Below are positions 1 through 11,721 of a DNA stretch of 64,000 bases, piece by piece. Numbering within the stretch: the stretch's first letter is position 1; every line of letters starts with the position of its first letter. Location of the stretch: positions 365,297 through 429,296 of the forward strand of contig NMRA01000225.1 in the NCBI GenBank assembly GCA_002633005.1, written 5' to 3'. Both the position numbers and the translations under genes were made by a program. A model generated the notes under the pieces. That model was not told the DNA's origin and made no database searches. It was given only the letters and a program-made list of their open reading frames with translations. Source of the stretch: Phoronis australis (lineage: Eukaryota; Animalia; Phoronida).

Positions 1-575
1 ATTTTTGTCCAAAATTGGGTTGAGATTTTATGATAATGTGGCCAGTGTAACGACCTCATTTTCGGTCATTACGGGACCAGGTGGTGTTCACTGATTGCTT
101 CTAGTTAGATTCGTCAATCTGAACTTGATGTAACACATGGCATTTCAAACTACTGTAATTTTAGATGGAACTCATTGGTTTGTCTCCTGTGACATGGCAA
201 GAGTTGTTGCTATTTTATCTTTATGTTCAGTTTCTGCACAATGAACTTGTTGTGCGAAATATTTCCTCTGTGATTTCACCTATCTTTGTTAGCAGGGTTT
301 AAGCAGGGATACAGAGGGTACAGGGTCCCCAAACCCCCTAGCTGGCTACTTTTGATTTATGCTGCAGAAGAATAGAGTATGTCTGCCCATTACTACATTC
401 AACAAGTTTACTGTGATCCTTTTTCAATGCCAAGGGTTTGCTATCTACTGCCAGAATTAGACTTGATTGAAGAATATAAATCGGTAAATAAAACAACAAG
501 AATGGATCAACTGAAATTTGAAATTTTCGGATGTAATATCTTCCTTTATCAACAAAAACAGAAATAAATAAAAAT

Positions 576-899
576 ACAAGGCTGTTATTTTTTAAAATCC
601 GTTGTTTTAGTGTTTGTAGGAAATTGTTCAATCAAGTACACCACATCAAAGTAATCTTTCACCCTTTTCATTAAAAATTTGTCCCAAAAGCTTAGATACT
701 TGAAGTTGGTTCTTAAATTTCTTAAATGACTTAAAGTCAAACACTAAAACAACGGATTTTAAAAAATAACAGCCTTGTTTTTTTCGTGTCCTCATTTTTG
801 GTGGATATCAGTGCAGATTTAAGAACCAACTTCAAGTATCTAAGCTTTTGGGACAAATTTTTAATGAAAAGCATGAAAGATTACTTTGATGTGGTGTAC
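576..899. repeat. Two interleaved inverted repeats (A B A' B')
   Basis: A 576-616 is the perfect reverse complement of 738-778 (41 bp). B 636-718 is the reverse complement of 817-899 (83 bp, 2 mismatches). Confidence 0.9.
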
Positions 900-3800
900 C
901 AGTACGCCAGTCATGGTGGCTTGTATGGACTGCTCTGCAAGTTCAGTCCTGCATTCATGCAGTGTTCAAAAGGTGGTCAAGGGCTCCAGACCCCCTTTTT
1001 CCCATGATTTTAGCGATATCAAATCTAGAGTCATCAAATTGTTGACTTAAACCCCACCCTTTAAAAATCCTTGATAAGACCCCGCCTTTTGAAAAAATCC
1101 TGGATCCTCCCCTGGTGCAACATGGTTTTCAAGTGACTGTGACTTTGTTTATGTACTAGGATCTTATAAAATGTCCAAGTTTGACTTAGGAGCAATATAT
1201 CTCAGAAATGGCTGATTCGATTCAAATGAAACTTTCGTATACTATCCTTTATGCTTTATACACTGTTTGCCAAAACAATGTTAGAAATAGTTGTTAAAAG
1301 GTTCCACTTTTGCATGAGAAGCTATCTAAAATAGGATGTATAGGATTTTCATGAATTTTTCAAAGCTGCATTAAACGGATTTATAATTTTAAAAACTGCA
1401 GCACTAACAGTGTTTCTGAACTTTTATCTTTGTATGATATGAAATTTAGTCACGTCCTAAGAGTGTACCTTTTGTTTTTTTTGCTAAATTTTCCTAGAAA
1501 ACAAGGCCATGCGTTCTTATTGTTGGCATATTGGTTTTTAAGTCAAAAATCAAATTCTATTGAATGTCTACTTTCAGAAAATATATACTTTTGTTGAAGT
1601 AAAATCTATAGTTTAGTGGATTTTTGACCAAATGTACAGCCTTGTCAGCCAAGTCCAACCTAACCTTATGCAGCTATCAATCTGTCATGTTTATTAATGA
1701 AAAATTGGATTGTAATTTCAGATTATGCTGTTATTGTACAAATGTGTAAGCCAGCAGGCTATTGTTGGGTGACAGTTGACCATGACATTTTTCCTTGGTG
1801 ATTCACAAGTTGCTTACACATCAATACATGTTTAGACATTTCTATTTGACCCCAAGTTGTCCCTAGGTTTGTGGTTTATGGTCTCCAGACAGGCAGAAAT
1901 TAAATGGGTGTAGGAGGACATCTCACAGGATTCCAGTAAAAACATCTTGGAGTGATCTTAAAATTTTGGGACAATAAAAGTCTTATTAGAGAAGTTGAAA
2001 TACGTTTCTTTGATTGTTGAGGACAGTGTTTTTCTGCCAGAGCCCTGTTGTTTGTTTTTACATTGATGTTTTTTACTTTGAAATTTCTGGAACACTAATT
2101 GTCACAAAACTCTTGACTAAGCCAGAAACTGGTAATGTTTTTAATGAACGCATTATGGCGTTTCTGGTCGTTTTACTTCATCCCATCCTGTTTATGGCTG
2201 GAGTATGTTAAAATGGTTAACAAATATTGTCACTTGGATATGCAGAAATGGGTTCAACTGATGCCCACATGCTGTAGTCATGTCCACAAGGTAATTTCCT
2301 GGTAATCCCAGACTTCGCTTATGTGAAGTGGCCTGGCTGTGTTCAGATTGTGAATTCCCTGTTTGCACAAGGTTGTGGTTACCAGTACCAGATGGACAGA
2401 AGATGACTATCCCTCTCTTGTGATAAACAGAGTAGCCATGATTCTGTTTTGCCCCTCCCCCTGCTTGGTTATTATCTGTTGTATGGTGAATGGTGCTTGG
2501 GTTTTGAAGCCATGTATCCTTCTGGTAGTCTTTTGCCTAATGGTGACATTGAGTGGTGCTTGCGGTCTAAAACCATGGCTTTATTTTCAGTATAATATTA
2601 GTTTTTATAATTTTGTGTTGTAATACTTTGTAGTGAGATAATTTTAGCAGCACAGTGTTGCGTAATTGATCTCTTAGCTACTGTACTTATTGCAAGTGAA
2701 ACTTATTATACAATGAACAGAATTATACATGCATTTAAAAATAGCTTAATACACAATCCTCAGTCTTACCGTATTCGCATCTTTCCAGATATTTGTCTTT
2801 TTTCGCATAAATTTGTCATCGAATTTTATAATTTGATTTGTCGATAAGCTGACAACAAATAAAATTGAACTTTTATTCTGGAGATGGTGAATGAATGGCA
2901 CTTGAACCCTCGTACTGTATGGTTGCCAACTGTCTCACAACATTTTCAGAATGTCCCGTTTTTTTGACATTCCGCACTACATTTCACTGTCGTGACCTAA
3001 AACAAAAAATGCCCCCGGCATGATGTTTTAAGCGTTCGCACGGATGGTTTTCCTCTTGCCGTTTTCTAGATTTAGATATAGTGCCTTTTCGTTTTACAAT
3101 GTTGGAAACTACAGTCTGAGGTACAGAGAATACTCACAGATAAATGGTTGAGAGGTGGCCAGACAGCCTCAGTCCATCTGTAAATGCAGGACTGCACCAT
3201 CTATTGTGTGGGCCATAATGGGCTTTAATTGACTGTCAAGATTTCTTTTGGTGGTTAGGATTGAAATGATGTTATTAGGCATAAATGATTCTCCAGTTTC
3301 AACAGCTTCATTTCATAAGGAATGGGGCATTGAATAGTTATTATTCAAGTCTGTCAAAACGACAATGGAATTCTCTGCCCAGTTTGTAGTTTTTGGTGAT
3401 TTATGGTCATTTTGTTCCTGTCTTGTGACAGTATAGAGATGTATTACTAAATTACCTCTGTGTCCACAGGGTTAATGTCCATGTTTGGCTTAATGACCTG
3501 CCCCAAAATTTCCAAATTTTTTTAATTACCCATGCTCCATTCATTTTCCACGATTTCTTAATTCAGATGTCCAAGGTGCACACCCAGAGTAAATTTTGAC
3601 ATTCTATTTAGGACATCCTGTTTAGGATTTGGACGTCAAGTGAATTGAGCATAGTTGTCTCTTTTAACTTGTTAACAGGAACTGTGGGAGCTCATTGGTC
3701 TGCACAGAATAAAGTATTAAGCATTTTAGAAATGATGCAAGATGCGAAAAATATTCAGTGCATTCCCATGTCTCCACAATACTTTAACGTGCCTCACTAT

Positions 3801-4282
3801 AAGCCTTTTCATACTGACTGAACTCCGGTCTGAGCGGAGCGTCGACGTAAACTGTGAAGTTAACTAAACTGTTCATACTGGCCTGGTAGTTGACGGACTT
3901 CTAAATAAACGGTAGGTGACGCTGTTTCCATCGAAATAATTCCAAGGTAGTGGTTCACGCTAAGGGTTCTTTAAGTGTGACAATTTGGGAACATTTACGC
4001 CTGCTAATTGACATAAAACTTATTTTTAATTCGATTGGTGATCATTCGAGCAAAATGTAATAACTATTAGCGACTACAGTACCCTTTAATTGTTGACGAT
4101 AACAGTGGCACCTGGCGATAACTTCGATAGGACTGAAGTTGACTGTTCATACTGCACCGCAGCGTTGACACTTTGTTGTTAAATCCACCTGTTTAGTGCG
4201 AAGTTAACTGGCGAAGTAAACCATTCATACTGACCACAACTCCCCAAAACATCGACACGTTGATTTTAGTATGAAAGGCCCT
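3801..4282. mobile_element. Non-autonomous DNA transposon (MITE), PIF/Harbinger-like, family 1
   Basis: Terminal inverted repeats gccttttcatact ... agtatgaaaggcc, with internal gaagttaactgttcatact subrepeats. A homologous copy lies in the opposite orientation at 55554-56051. Confidence 0.75.
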
Positions 4283-5828
4283 TCTGACAACAATTTGACT
4301 TGAGGTCATAAAAATGCTGTCATTGACGCTGTGAGAAATTGGGAACCTGTTTTGTACGGCTTATTTTGAAATCCAGGATAAACCCCTGCAGCCTGTCTCC
4401 CACCACAATTTAAATGATCGGGAATACTTTTAAGCCTTGTAGCTCTCTTAATATACGGAACTGAAGTCCGTCACATTTGAGAAATGGATTCAATCAAGAA
4501 TTTCAGTGGCACCTTGCCTTATTATTTGATATTTGAAAATAAAAAACGCTACAAATTTTGTCCGTTATTCGTGTGTGAAACAAGTAAAGAAGTACAGTAG
4601 CATGGGGCCATTGAATGTGATCATTTGATTTTCTTTTGAATCACAGCCAGCCCTAAGTTTACCTGCTTACCTCCCAACATTGCTTGTGTTACTTAATGAT
4701 GTAATTGTAGACAGTATCCTCCACAACTGTAAAGCCAAAGGTGTTGGAAGCCCACAAATGTTAACAAACATGCCCAGGCTTAGTGTCAAAAACGATGTAG
4801 GCCATTAACTGTGATGAAGTGTGTCTTGTCTCATTCCTTATTCAGTTTAGAAGTTATATATCAGCTTTGGAGGAACTAGCGGTTTGTTAGTTCTTCAGAA
4901 CATGTTTGGTAACATTCTGTCAATATTTCAAAGCCCACATATGACACTTGTTTTGACTAAGGAATAATTAGAGACCAATTTAATAACTGTAAATGGCTTT
5001 AATCAATACTTGTTTTTCACAGAAAACATGGGTTTAATGTCGCTTTATCCAGTTATGTTCAGTAACGTGGAAAAACTACAGTTGTTTGTTCAACTTTTTA
5101 TATTGAAAACTGACAACTTGTTTTTAACAGATCACAGTCATTTTATTTACAAGCACCACACCTGAAAACTCGTTTAAAACAGGTCGTGAAGAACACTGGA
5201 AGATTTGAACTAATCACAACAGGAAGCAACCTGAGTCTTCTGCAGCATTGTGGTTGGATTACAGTATCGACTTCAGAGTTATTGACTCCTGAAACTTGAT
5301 ATTTGTTGCGCCCGTGATTTTGTTAGTCTTTTATGAAGAAGATGAACAGTTTGTAGAATCATGATTTGAGCTAAACTTTTGACTCTTTAAAATGAGTGAT
5401 GCAAACATTTTCACTTGTTTACATCATAGTGCATTTAGTTAGTGCCATAATGCTGCCATAATTGCTGCTTACTGTATTACAGTTTATTACACTGTTGCCA
5501 AAAGAGGTCTCTGCAAGCACATCAGTCAGGATCAGGATTCAATTTCACCTCAGAACTGTCACATTTTATTGCGTTTGTATTATTTATGTTGTAGGTAAAA
5601 TACATTCTGTGAATTGATTATTTATTGAATACTTAAGCAAGAGTGCATGCTACTGTGTCAACTGGTGTTGACTGTTGTGCTGTAGTACTTTTGTCTGGCA
5701 AGTTGTTAGTGCTTAATGTATGCAATAGCCAACTCTTGATTTAGACCACATTCTGTTCCTTAGTCAAATTTAGATGTGAATTAAAGACTTGGAAAGAACT
5801 GACACTTGCTTGTTGCTTGAGTCAAGTT

Positions 5829-5949
5829 GGCTTGTGACTGTAGGTCATTTTATTTGCCAAGTATGGCCTGGCTTGTGGCTGGGTCATTTTATTAGCCAAG
5901 TATGGCCTGGCTTGTGACTGTGGGTCATTTTATTTGCCAAGTATGGTCT
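5829..5949. repeat. Minisatellite, three units of about 40 bp
   Basis: ggcttgtgactgtrggtcattttatttgccaagtatggcct repeated three times. Confidence 0.9.
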
Positions 5950-6973
5950 CTAGGAGTAGTGAGCTGTCCTACTACAAATCCAGAAATCACTTCTTAAGGA
6001 ACAAGACCAGAGAAAATTTATAGTGGTTAGAGGTTGTACATCAAAAATTTGTTTCTTGGACTCAACAAGGCCTAATGGCAAGTTCATTGAAATAAAGTGA
6101 CCATAAAGTGCCATGACAACAGGAAACGGTATTGTAGATAATTTCTGTAACAGTATCCCAACGGATTTTGCAAAACTATGAAAGTGAATAGTAACATACA
6201 TAAAGGTTCAGTTGAATTGTCATTTGCTGATTCATATATCTTATTTAGACTCTAATTTTGTACTCGGTGCACCGAGTATGGGAAGTTTAAAAGAGAAATT
6301 ATTGAAAGGTGGTGTTAATGTTTGTCTTAGGCAACCTAACGTTTTGTGTTATGGATCAGCACTGGGTAATCACCAATAATTGGAACTTAAATCTTGGCTA
6401 TGAGATAATGGTTGCCTTATACCTGAATGTGGCGCAGCATTTAGAAGTCAAAATTTAGTATAGGTTTTCAACCAAAGCCGGACGTTAATCCTAATGCAGA
6501 GCAGTTGTATTTTTGATGTGACAACAAAAGTGCATTTGCAAAAAAGACAGGAAACAGTAAGCATATAAATAAGAAGATTTATAGAGACAATGAGGATAGA
6601 AGCATTAGTGTTTCATAACCATTCAATTTGCTGATCATAATACCAAAAACTCATTTTTCCATTAAAAATATACTTTTATGTGTGGCAATCAGTTTTAATG
6701 CTGAACTTAAGTATAAGTACCTTTGAAACCCTACGCAGCTGTTGTCAGTATATATTTTACCAAAACCATAATTAAACATGAAACGGAACCAGGCATTTTT
6801 CAACAATTTCATAAAGTGTGGAGTTTGCTGTTGTCTGGGAGAAATTTACAAAAAGAATTCACAAAATCTGATGGTGAACTCACAGACATCAAATGTTGAA
6901 AAGGTTTTTGTAGGTTTTCACCACAGCATGTGCTTACAGGCAATCTTACTGCAGTAATGGTCACACAAGTTTT

Positions 6974-7042
6974 GGATTTCGAGAATCAGTTTGATGCCCG
7001 ATAATCAGTGGAGAAAACCAGGTTTCTTTAAATGTGGACCCC
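6974..7042. mobile_element. Hairpin micro-MITE, family 4, degenerate copy
   Basis: atttcgagaatcagtttgatgcccgataatcagtggagaaaacc matches the stem and loop of the 28650 copy. Confidence 0.55.
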
Positions 7043-9039
7043 TGTGTCTATTGCCTTTATTTTGGGTAAAAACTGGTTTGAACTGTGTGTGCATACATGA
7101 AACAGTACGAGGTCTTACACTGCTTGCTAGCATACTACTATAAAGAACATACTATCATGTTGGTGTTATTTGATCTATAACGGGTGTCTTGAAATCGTAT
7201 GTGGAAACCCATGGTGTTGAATTTATTCTTCTGCATCTGCTAATAGGTTGCGCTACCATCTCTGTAGTGGTGGTCTTCTATGTGGCTGCAGACAAATGAG
7301 GGTTGTTGTAGTCAAGTGGCACCATAGTATTAACAAGCTATTACATTGGTGTGTTTCATTTAATATTGAAAGAATATTATGTTGTGACGTCCAAGGCTTG
7401 TGTCTAGCCTGTATGCATTCAGTTCAGTCAATCTTATGTGCTGCTTGCCTGGGAAACATGGGTTTTGAAGCGTGAAATACATTAAAATGTTGTGTGCGCT
7501 TGATGCATGAACGTCCTGAAGACTAATTTATATTAAATTGATTTTGGCCATGGGGCTATAAAGGTTCTTTCATTTGTAGTTAAATTTTGACATCAGTTTG
7601 ATGCGGCTGATCAGAAAAAAGTTAAAAATAATCTATTCTTTTATCAGACACTAGTTATTCCAAGCTGTATAATCTGTCTAAAAATAACCCATGATCAGGT
7701 AGACTTGAGGCACAGCAGGTTATCAAATTTGTGTTAAGGCTTAGGTTTGAATAAAAGGCATGGCTTGGCTGGCAAGCAACAATCCAATGTCTATTGTATT
7801 GGGAGCCATGTGAGTTTAATATGCCATTAAATTGAAAAATGGTCACTGGAGTAAACAAGTTGAATTGATGAACACACCTGGTTTATTTATTATTTCAGTG
7901 AACTGTATGAGCACCGTATCCTAGGAAACTTGTGCGTTTGAGTTGTGCCGAAATATTTCATTATTTGAGTATTACGCAAGTTTTTAATCAGTCCTTTCTT
8001 TGAAAACATCTGCCTTTCCTATGTTAATCGTGTCAGACTATGTCGTGTCAGATTTAATTGATGAGTTTTTTACCTGCTCGCACTTACGTGTTACGTAAGC
8101 CGTGGGAAAATATATTCACTGTTCAAATTCCTGAATAATGAGTTACAACTTGTTTTGCTATTGTCTATGTTTTAAAGGAAGGCTGGTTCAGTCCAGTTAT
8201 CAGTTTAAGTGAAGAGATGATCATTGAAAGAGTAAGTACCAGGTGTCGTGCTATTTAACATACAGCTATTTGCCAGGATTCGTTTCATGAAGTATTGACT
8301 TGGGAGTTAAGACAGAAATTTGGTCCCGCAAATTTCTGATTTAAGTCTCGTCACTTTTCTTGAAACATCTCTGGTGTGTCAGACTACATGGTAGTATTTC
8401 ACTCGTTATGGACTAAAATAATTGCCAAAATTTCTATTTTTACGAGGGCTTTCCGACGCTGTTGCGAATGCTCATATTTTTTCAAAATATTGTGTGATAG
8501 CAGCTTCAGTGTTGAATTTGGAGATGGTAAACATCAATTTGCTGCTTCTCATCCTTTGTGGAAAACTGGAAAATGAAATTTCACGTATGTCCCATGTCGT
8601 CTTAAATTTTTGATATCCCCCTCCACCCTTAGTTTTATCCCATAGCAGCCACAGCATGAAGTCTGTGAGAACTAATTTGGCTTACAAACGGTGCCCCCCC
8701 CTTTGATCACCAAGTTGACAGTGGATCTTTTCACTGTTGAGGCCATGACTATGTGTACATTTGCCTTGTGAATTGTCTTATGTGCCCTGAAACTGAAAGA
8801 CAGGGTATGGCTATCTTGCCCATGTACAACAGTCTTGGTCGGGACGGGTGAAAGGTGGCATTAAGGTAGTGTAAACTAAAATTTAACATCCCTCCGCTGA
8901 CTTTCCTGCACCGTTTGCCTTACCGCTGTATGTAGAAAAGACTTGGTGCTGCAGAGATCAGAGTGGCAAAAAAGGTGGAGAGCGGAGACCCCTGGTGGCA
9001 TGAACCAGTACTAGGGATAGCATGTTTTTGTAGACAGCT

Positions 9040-10910
9040 GTGACGATTAGTGACCTGCAACTTCAAAGTTACAGAATTTGAAGCTTTTGTCTTTAAATTT
9101 GTGCACCAGCAGAGAAGTTTTCCCAAACTATTGTATGACCTTACTTTCAGTAATTTCTATATTTTTGTTGGAAGTTACTGCTGATAACTTTTGGTTTTTG
9201 ATAGTGGAAAGGTAGTAATTAATCTTGCACGAAGCTCGTACTGTACTGTTGGACAAGAGGCAATGTCGCTCTAATTCGCTTTACAGTGTACACAGCTTAT
9301 CCACTGAGTTCTATTACCTATGTTGTCAAGACATCAGTCTTAATATGTTACATGGTGGAATTTGTCTGCTGTACCTCCAAACAGTTTGAAAAATTATGGT
9401 CTATACTTGAACTTGAGCTTGTTGACTTTTGTATGTGTGCATCAGTGAAAATCACTGATTTAGAACCCAACATGGTCGACAAACATTTCTTATTAAAAGA
9501 TATGCAGCATCAAATACATTATGGTTTTATCATGTTTAAGTTCAATATCATACGAACTCCCTTATGGGGGAATTTTCATCTTAACCACACTGTCGATAAA
9601 CATTTTTTGTTAAAAGATAAGAAGTATCAAATACATTTTGGTTTATCACGTTGTGAGTTCAGTATCATACGAGGCCCTCTATGGGGGATTTTCACCTCAA
9701 CCATAAGGTTGTCAAACATTTTTTATTAAAAGATAAATAGCATCAAATACATTGTGGTTTTATCATGTTTAAGTTCTATATCATACGAGGTCCACTATGG
9801 TCGAATTTTCACCTCAACCAAAAGTCCAGGAACTTTTCCTCTTGGGTAAGCATTCTCAGACAATGTTTTGAGAAATTGTGGGTATTCACAACAATGTGAA
9901 AATCTCTGGAAAAAGGAAAAGAGTCAAATTTGGCGATTATTTTTGTTTAAATTTCATTAATTTTACCATCTGTNGTGACAATTAATGACCTGTAACTTCA
10001 AAATTACTGAATTTGAAGCTTTTGTCTTTAAATTTGTGCACAAGGAGAGACGTTTTCCCTAAGTATTGTATGACCTTACTTTCAGTAATTCTTATATTTT
10101 TGTTGGAAGTTGCTGCTGATAACTTTTGGTTTTTGATTGTGGAAAGGTAGTAATTAATCTTGCACGAGGCTCGTACTGTACTGTTGGACAAGAGGCAATG
10201 TTGCTCTAATTCGCTTTACAGTGCACATGGCTTATCCACTGAGTTCTATTAGCTATGTTGTCAAGACATTCAGTCTTAGCATGTTACATGGTGGAATGTG
10301 TCTGTTGTACCTGGGACCAGTTTGAAAAATTATGGTCTACACTTGAACTTGAGCTTGTTGACTTTTGTATGTGTGTATCAGTGAAAACTCACTGATTTAG
10401 GACCCAACATGGTCGACAAACATTTTTTATTAAAAGATATGTAGCATCAAATACATTATGGTTTTATCATGTTTAAGTTCAATATCATACGAACTCCCTT
10501 ATGGGGGAATTTTCATCTTAACCACACTGTCGATAAACATTTTTTGTTAAAAGATAAGAAGTATCAAATACATTTTGGTTTATCACGTTGTGAGTTCAGT
10601 ATCATACGAGGCCCTCTATGGGGGATTTTCACCTCAACCATAAGGTTGTCAAACATTTTTTATTAAAAAATAAATAGCATCAAATACATTGTGGTTTTAT
10701 CATGTTTAAGTTCTATATCATACGAGGTCCACTATGGTCGAATTTTCACCTCAACCAAAAGTCCAGGAACTTTTCCTCTTGGGTAAGCATTCTCAGACAA
10801 TGTTTTGAGAAATTGTGGGTATTCACAACAATGTGAAAATCTCTGGAAAAAGGAAAAGAGTCAAATTTGGCAAATATTTTTGTTTAAATTTCATTAATTT
10901 TACCATCTGT
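9040..10910. repeat. Direct duplication of about 935 bp either side of a single N (9040-9973 / 9975-10910)
   Basis: The copies align end to end with scattered SNPs and 1-bp indels and abut the N at 9974. Each contains three tandem units of about 118 bp (approx. 9464-9820 and 10403-10757). Confidence 0.9.
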
Positions 10911-10958
10911 AACCAGATTCAAAACTTCTTCACCTGATGAAAATGTGGTACGTTTCAG

Positions 10959-11107
10959 GTGGCTGTGGGCGGGAAGGCAGAGCAAGATGGTCGCCTGGAG
11001 GTTGGTGACTTGATCCTCAGTGTTAATGACGTAGCGTGTCGGTCCAAGGCCGAGGCTGTACAGTTGATTGACAGTGCATTCAAGACACTCACTCTGGAGG
11101 TGTGGAG
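10959..11107 (+). CDS. Shroom: Shroom-family gene, exon encoding the C-terminal part of the PDZ domain (upstream exon is outside the window)
   Basis: Acceptor tttcag|GTG, donor AG|gtaagg. 149 nt, phase 0 to phase 2. Translates VAVGGKAEQDGRLEVGDLILSVNDVACRSKAEAVQLIDSAFKTLTLEVW, a typical PDZ (GRL.VGD.IL.VN ... EAV.LI ... L.L.V) resembling the vertebrate Shroom2/3/4 PDZ. Not in the ORF track in this frame. Confidence 0.9.
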
Positions 11108-11299
11108 GTAAGGCCACAGTAGGTAGTGTGTGTTGAGCTGAGGCCACACAGTAGACAGCCAGCTGTATGCCTTCCACTTGGGGGCCTTAGCAGCCGCACA
11201 TTCACAATACAGACAAACGTGGAAGCTAGACACTGGGGGAGGGGAGGGGAGGCGAGAGGAGGGGAAATAGATAGATTAATTGCTGTTCCCAACCACTAA

Positions 11300-11721
11300 A
11301 GTCCTGTTAGACATCAATTTTTGGCCCGGCGCAACTGCCATGGAGCAAATTGACCCTTGTCAAGCGGCCGTTTACACACACAACTCACTAACCGTGGCAA
11401 GATGGAAATTGCAGGCTGGAGAGACTGGATTGCACATGCGCAGGTTTACAAATGACGAGAGTTGCAGAGACAAAGAACCTGTATGAAGGTCAGTGCACAA
11501 GCGTAGTAGAGATGATCCTTTCCACCTCGCTCCAGTTTCGCGTTTAGACTTATAATTGACACGGCGCAAGATGTTCGGGCGCAAATTGCTGTACCTCACA
11601 AATGGGTGGCAAAAATTTGTCACCGCGGTGTCAATTTGCTCCGTGTCAGTCCGTTTACACACTGGAACAACTCGTTCCTTGTCAGCTGATCCGTGTCAAC
11701 TTTGTAAGTGTAAACAGCACT
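11300..11721. mobile_element. Harbinger-like MITE, family 2
   Basis: TIRs agtcctgttagaca ... tgtaaacagcact in a TAA/TTA context. Internal inverted motif ggagcaaattgac / gtcaatttgctcc and repeated ccgtttacac. Confidence 0.65.

Noticed and set aside
8960-9010. SGDPWW peptide as the missing first PDZ exon (GGxPWGF motif)
   Set aside because: Lacks the WGF.L.GG continuation and a phase-0 donor. The first PDZ exon is presumably upstream of the window.
9464-9820. Three units of about 118 bp (also in the second copy), and ORF 9286-9729, as a CRISPR-like array or gene
   Set aside because: The units are similar along their whole length with no unique spacers, the context is eukaryotic with no cas genes, and the ORF merely translates the repeat.
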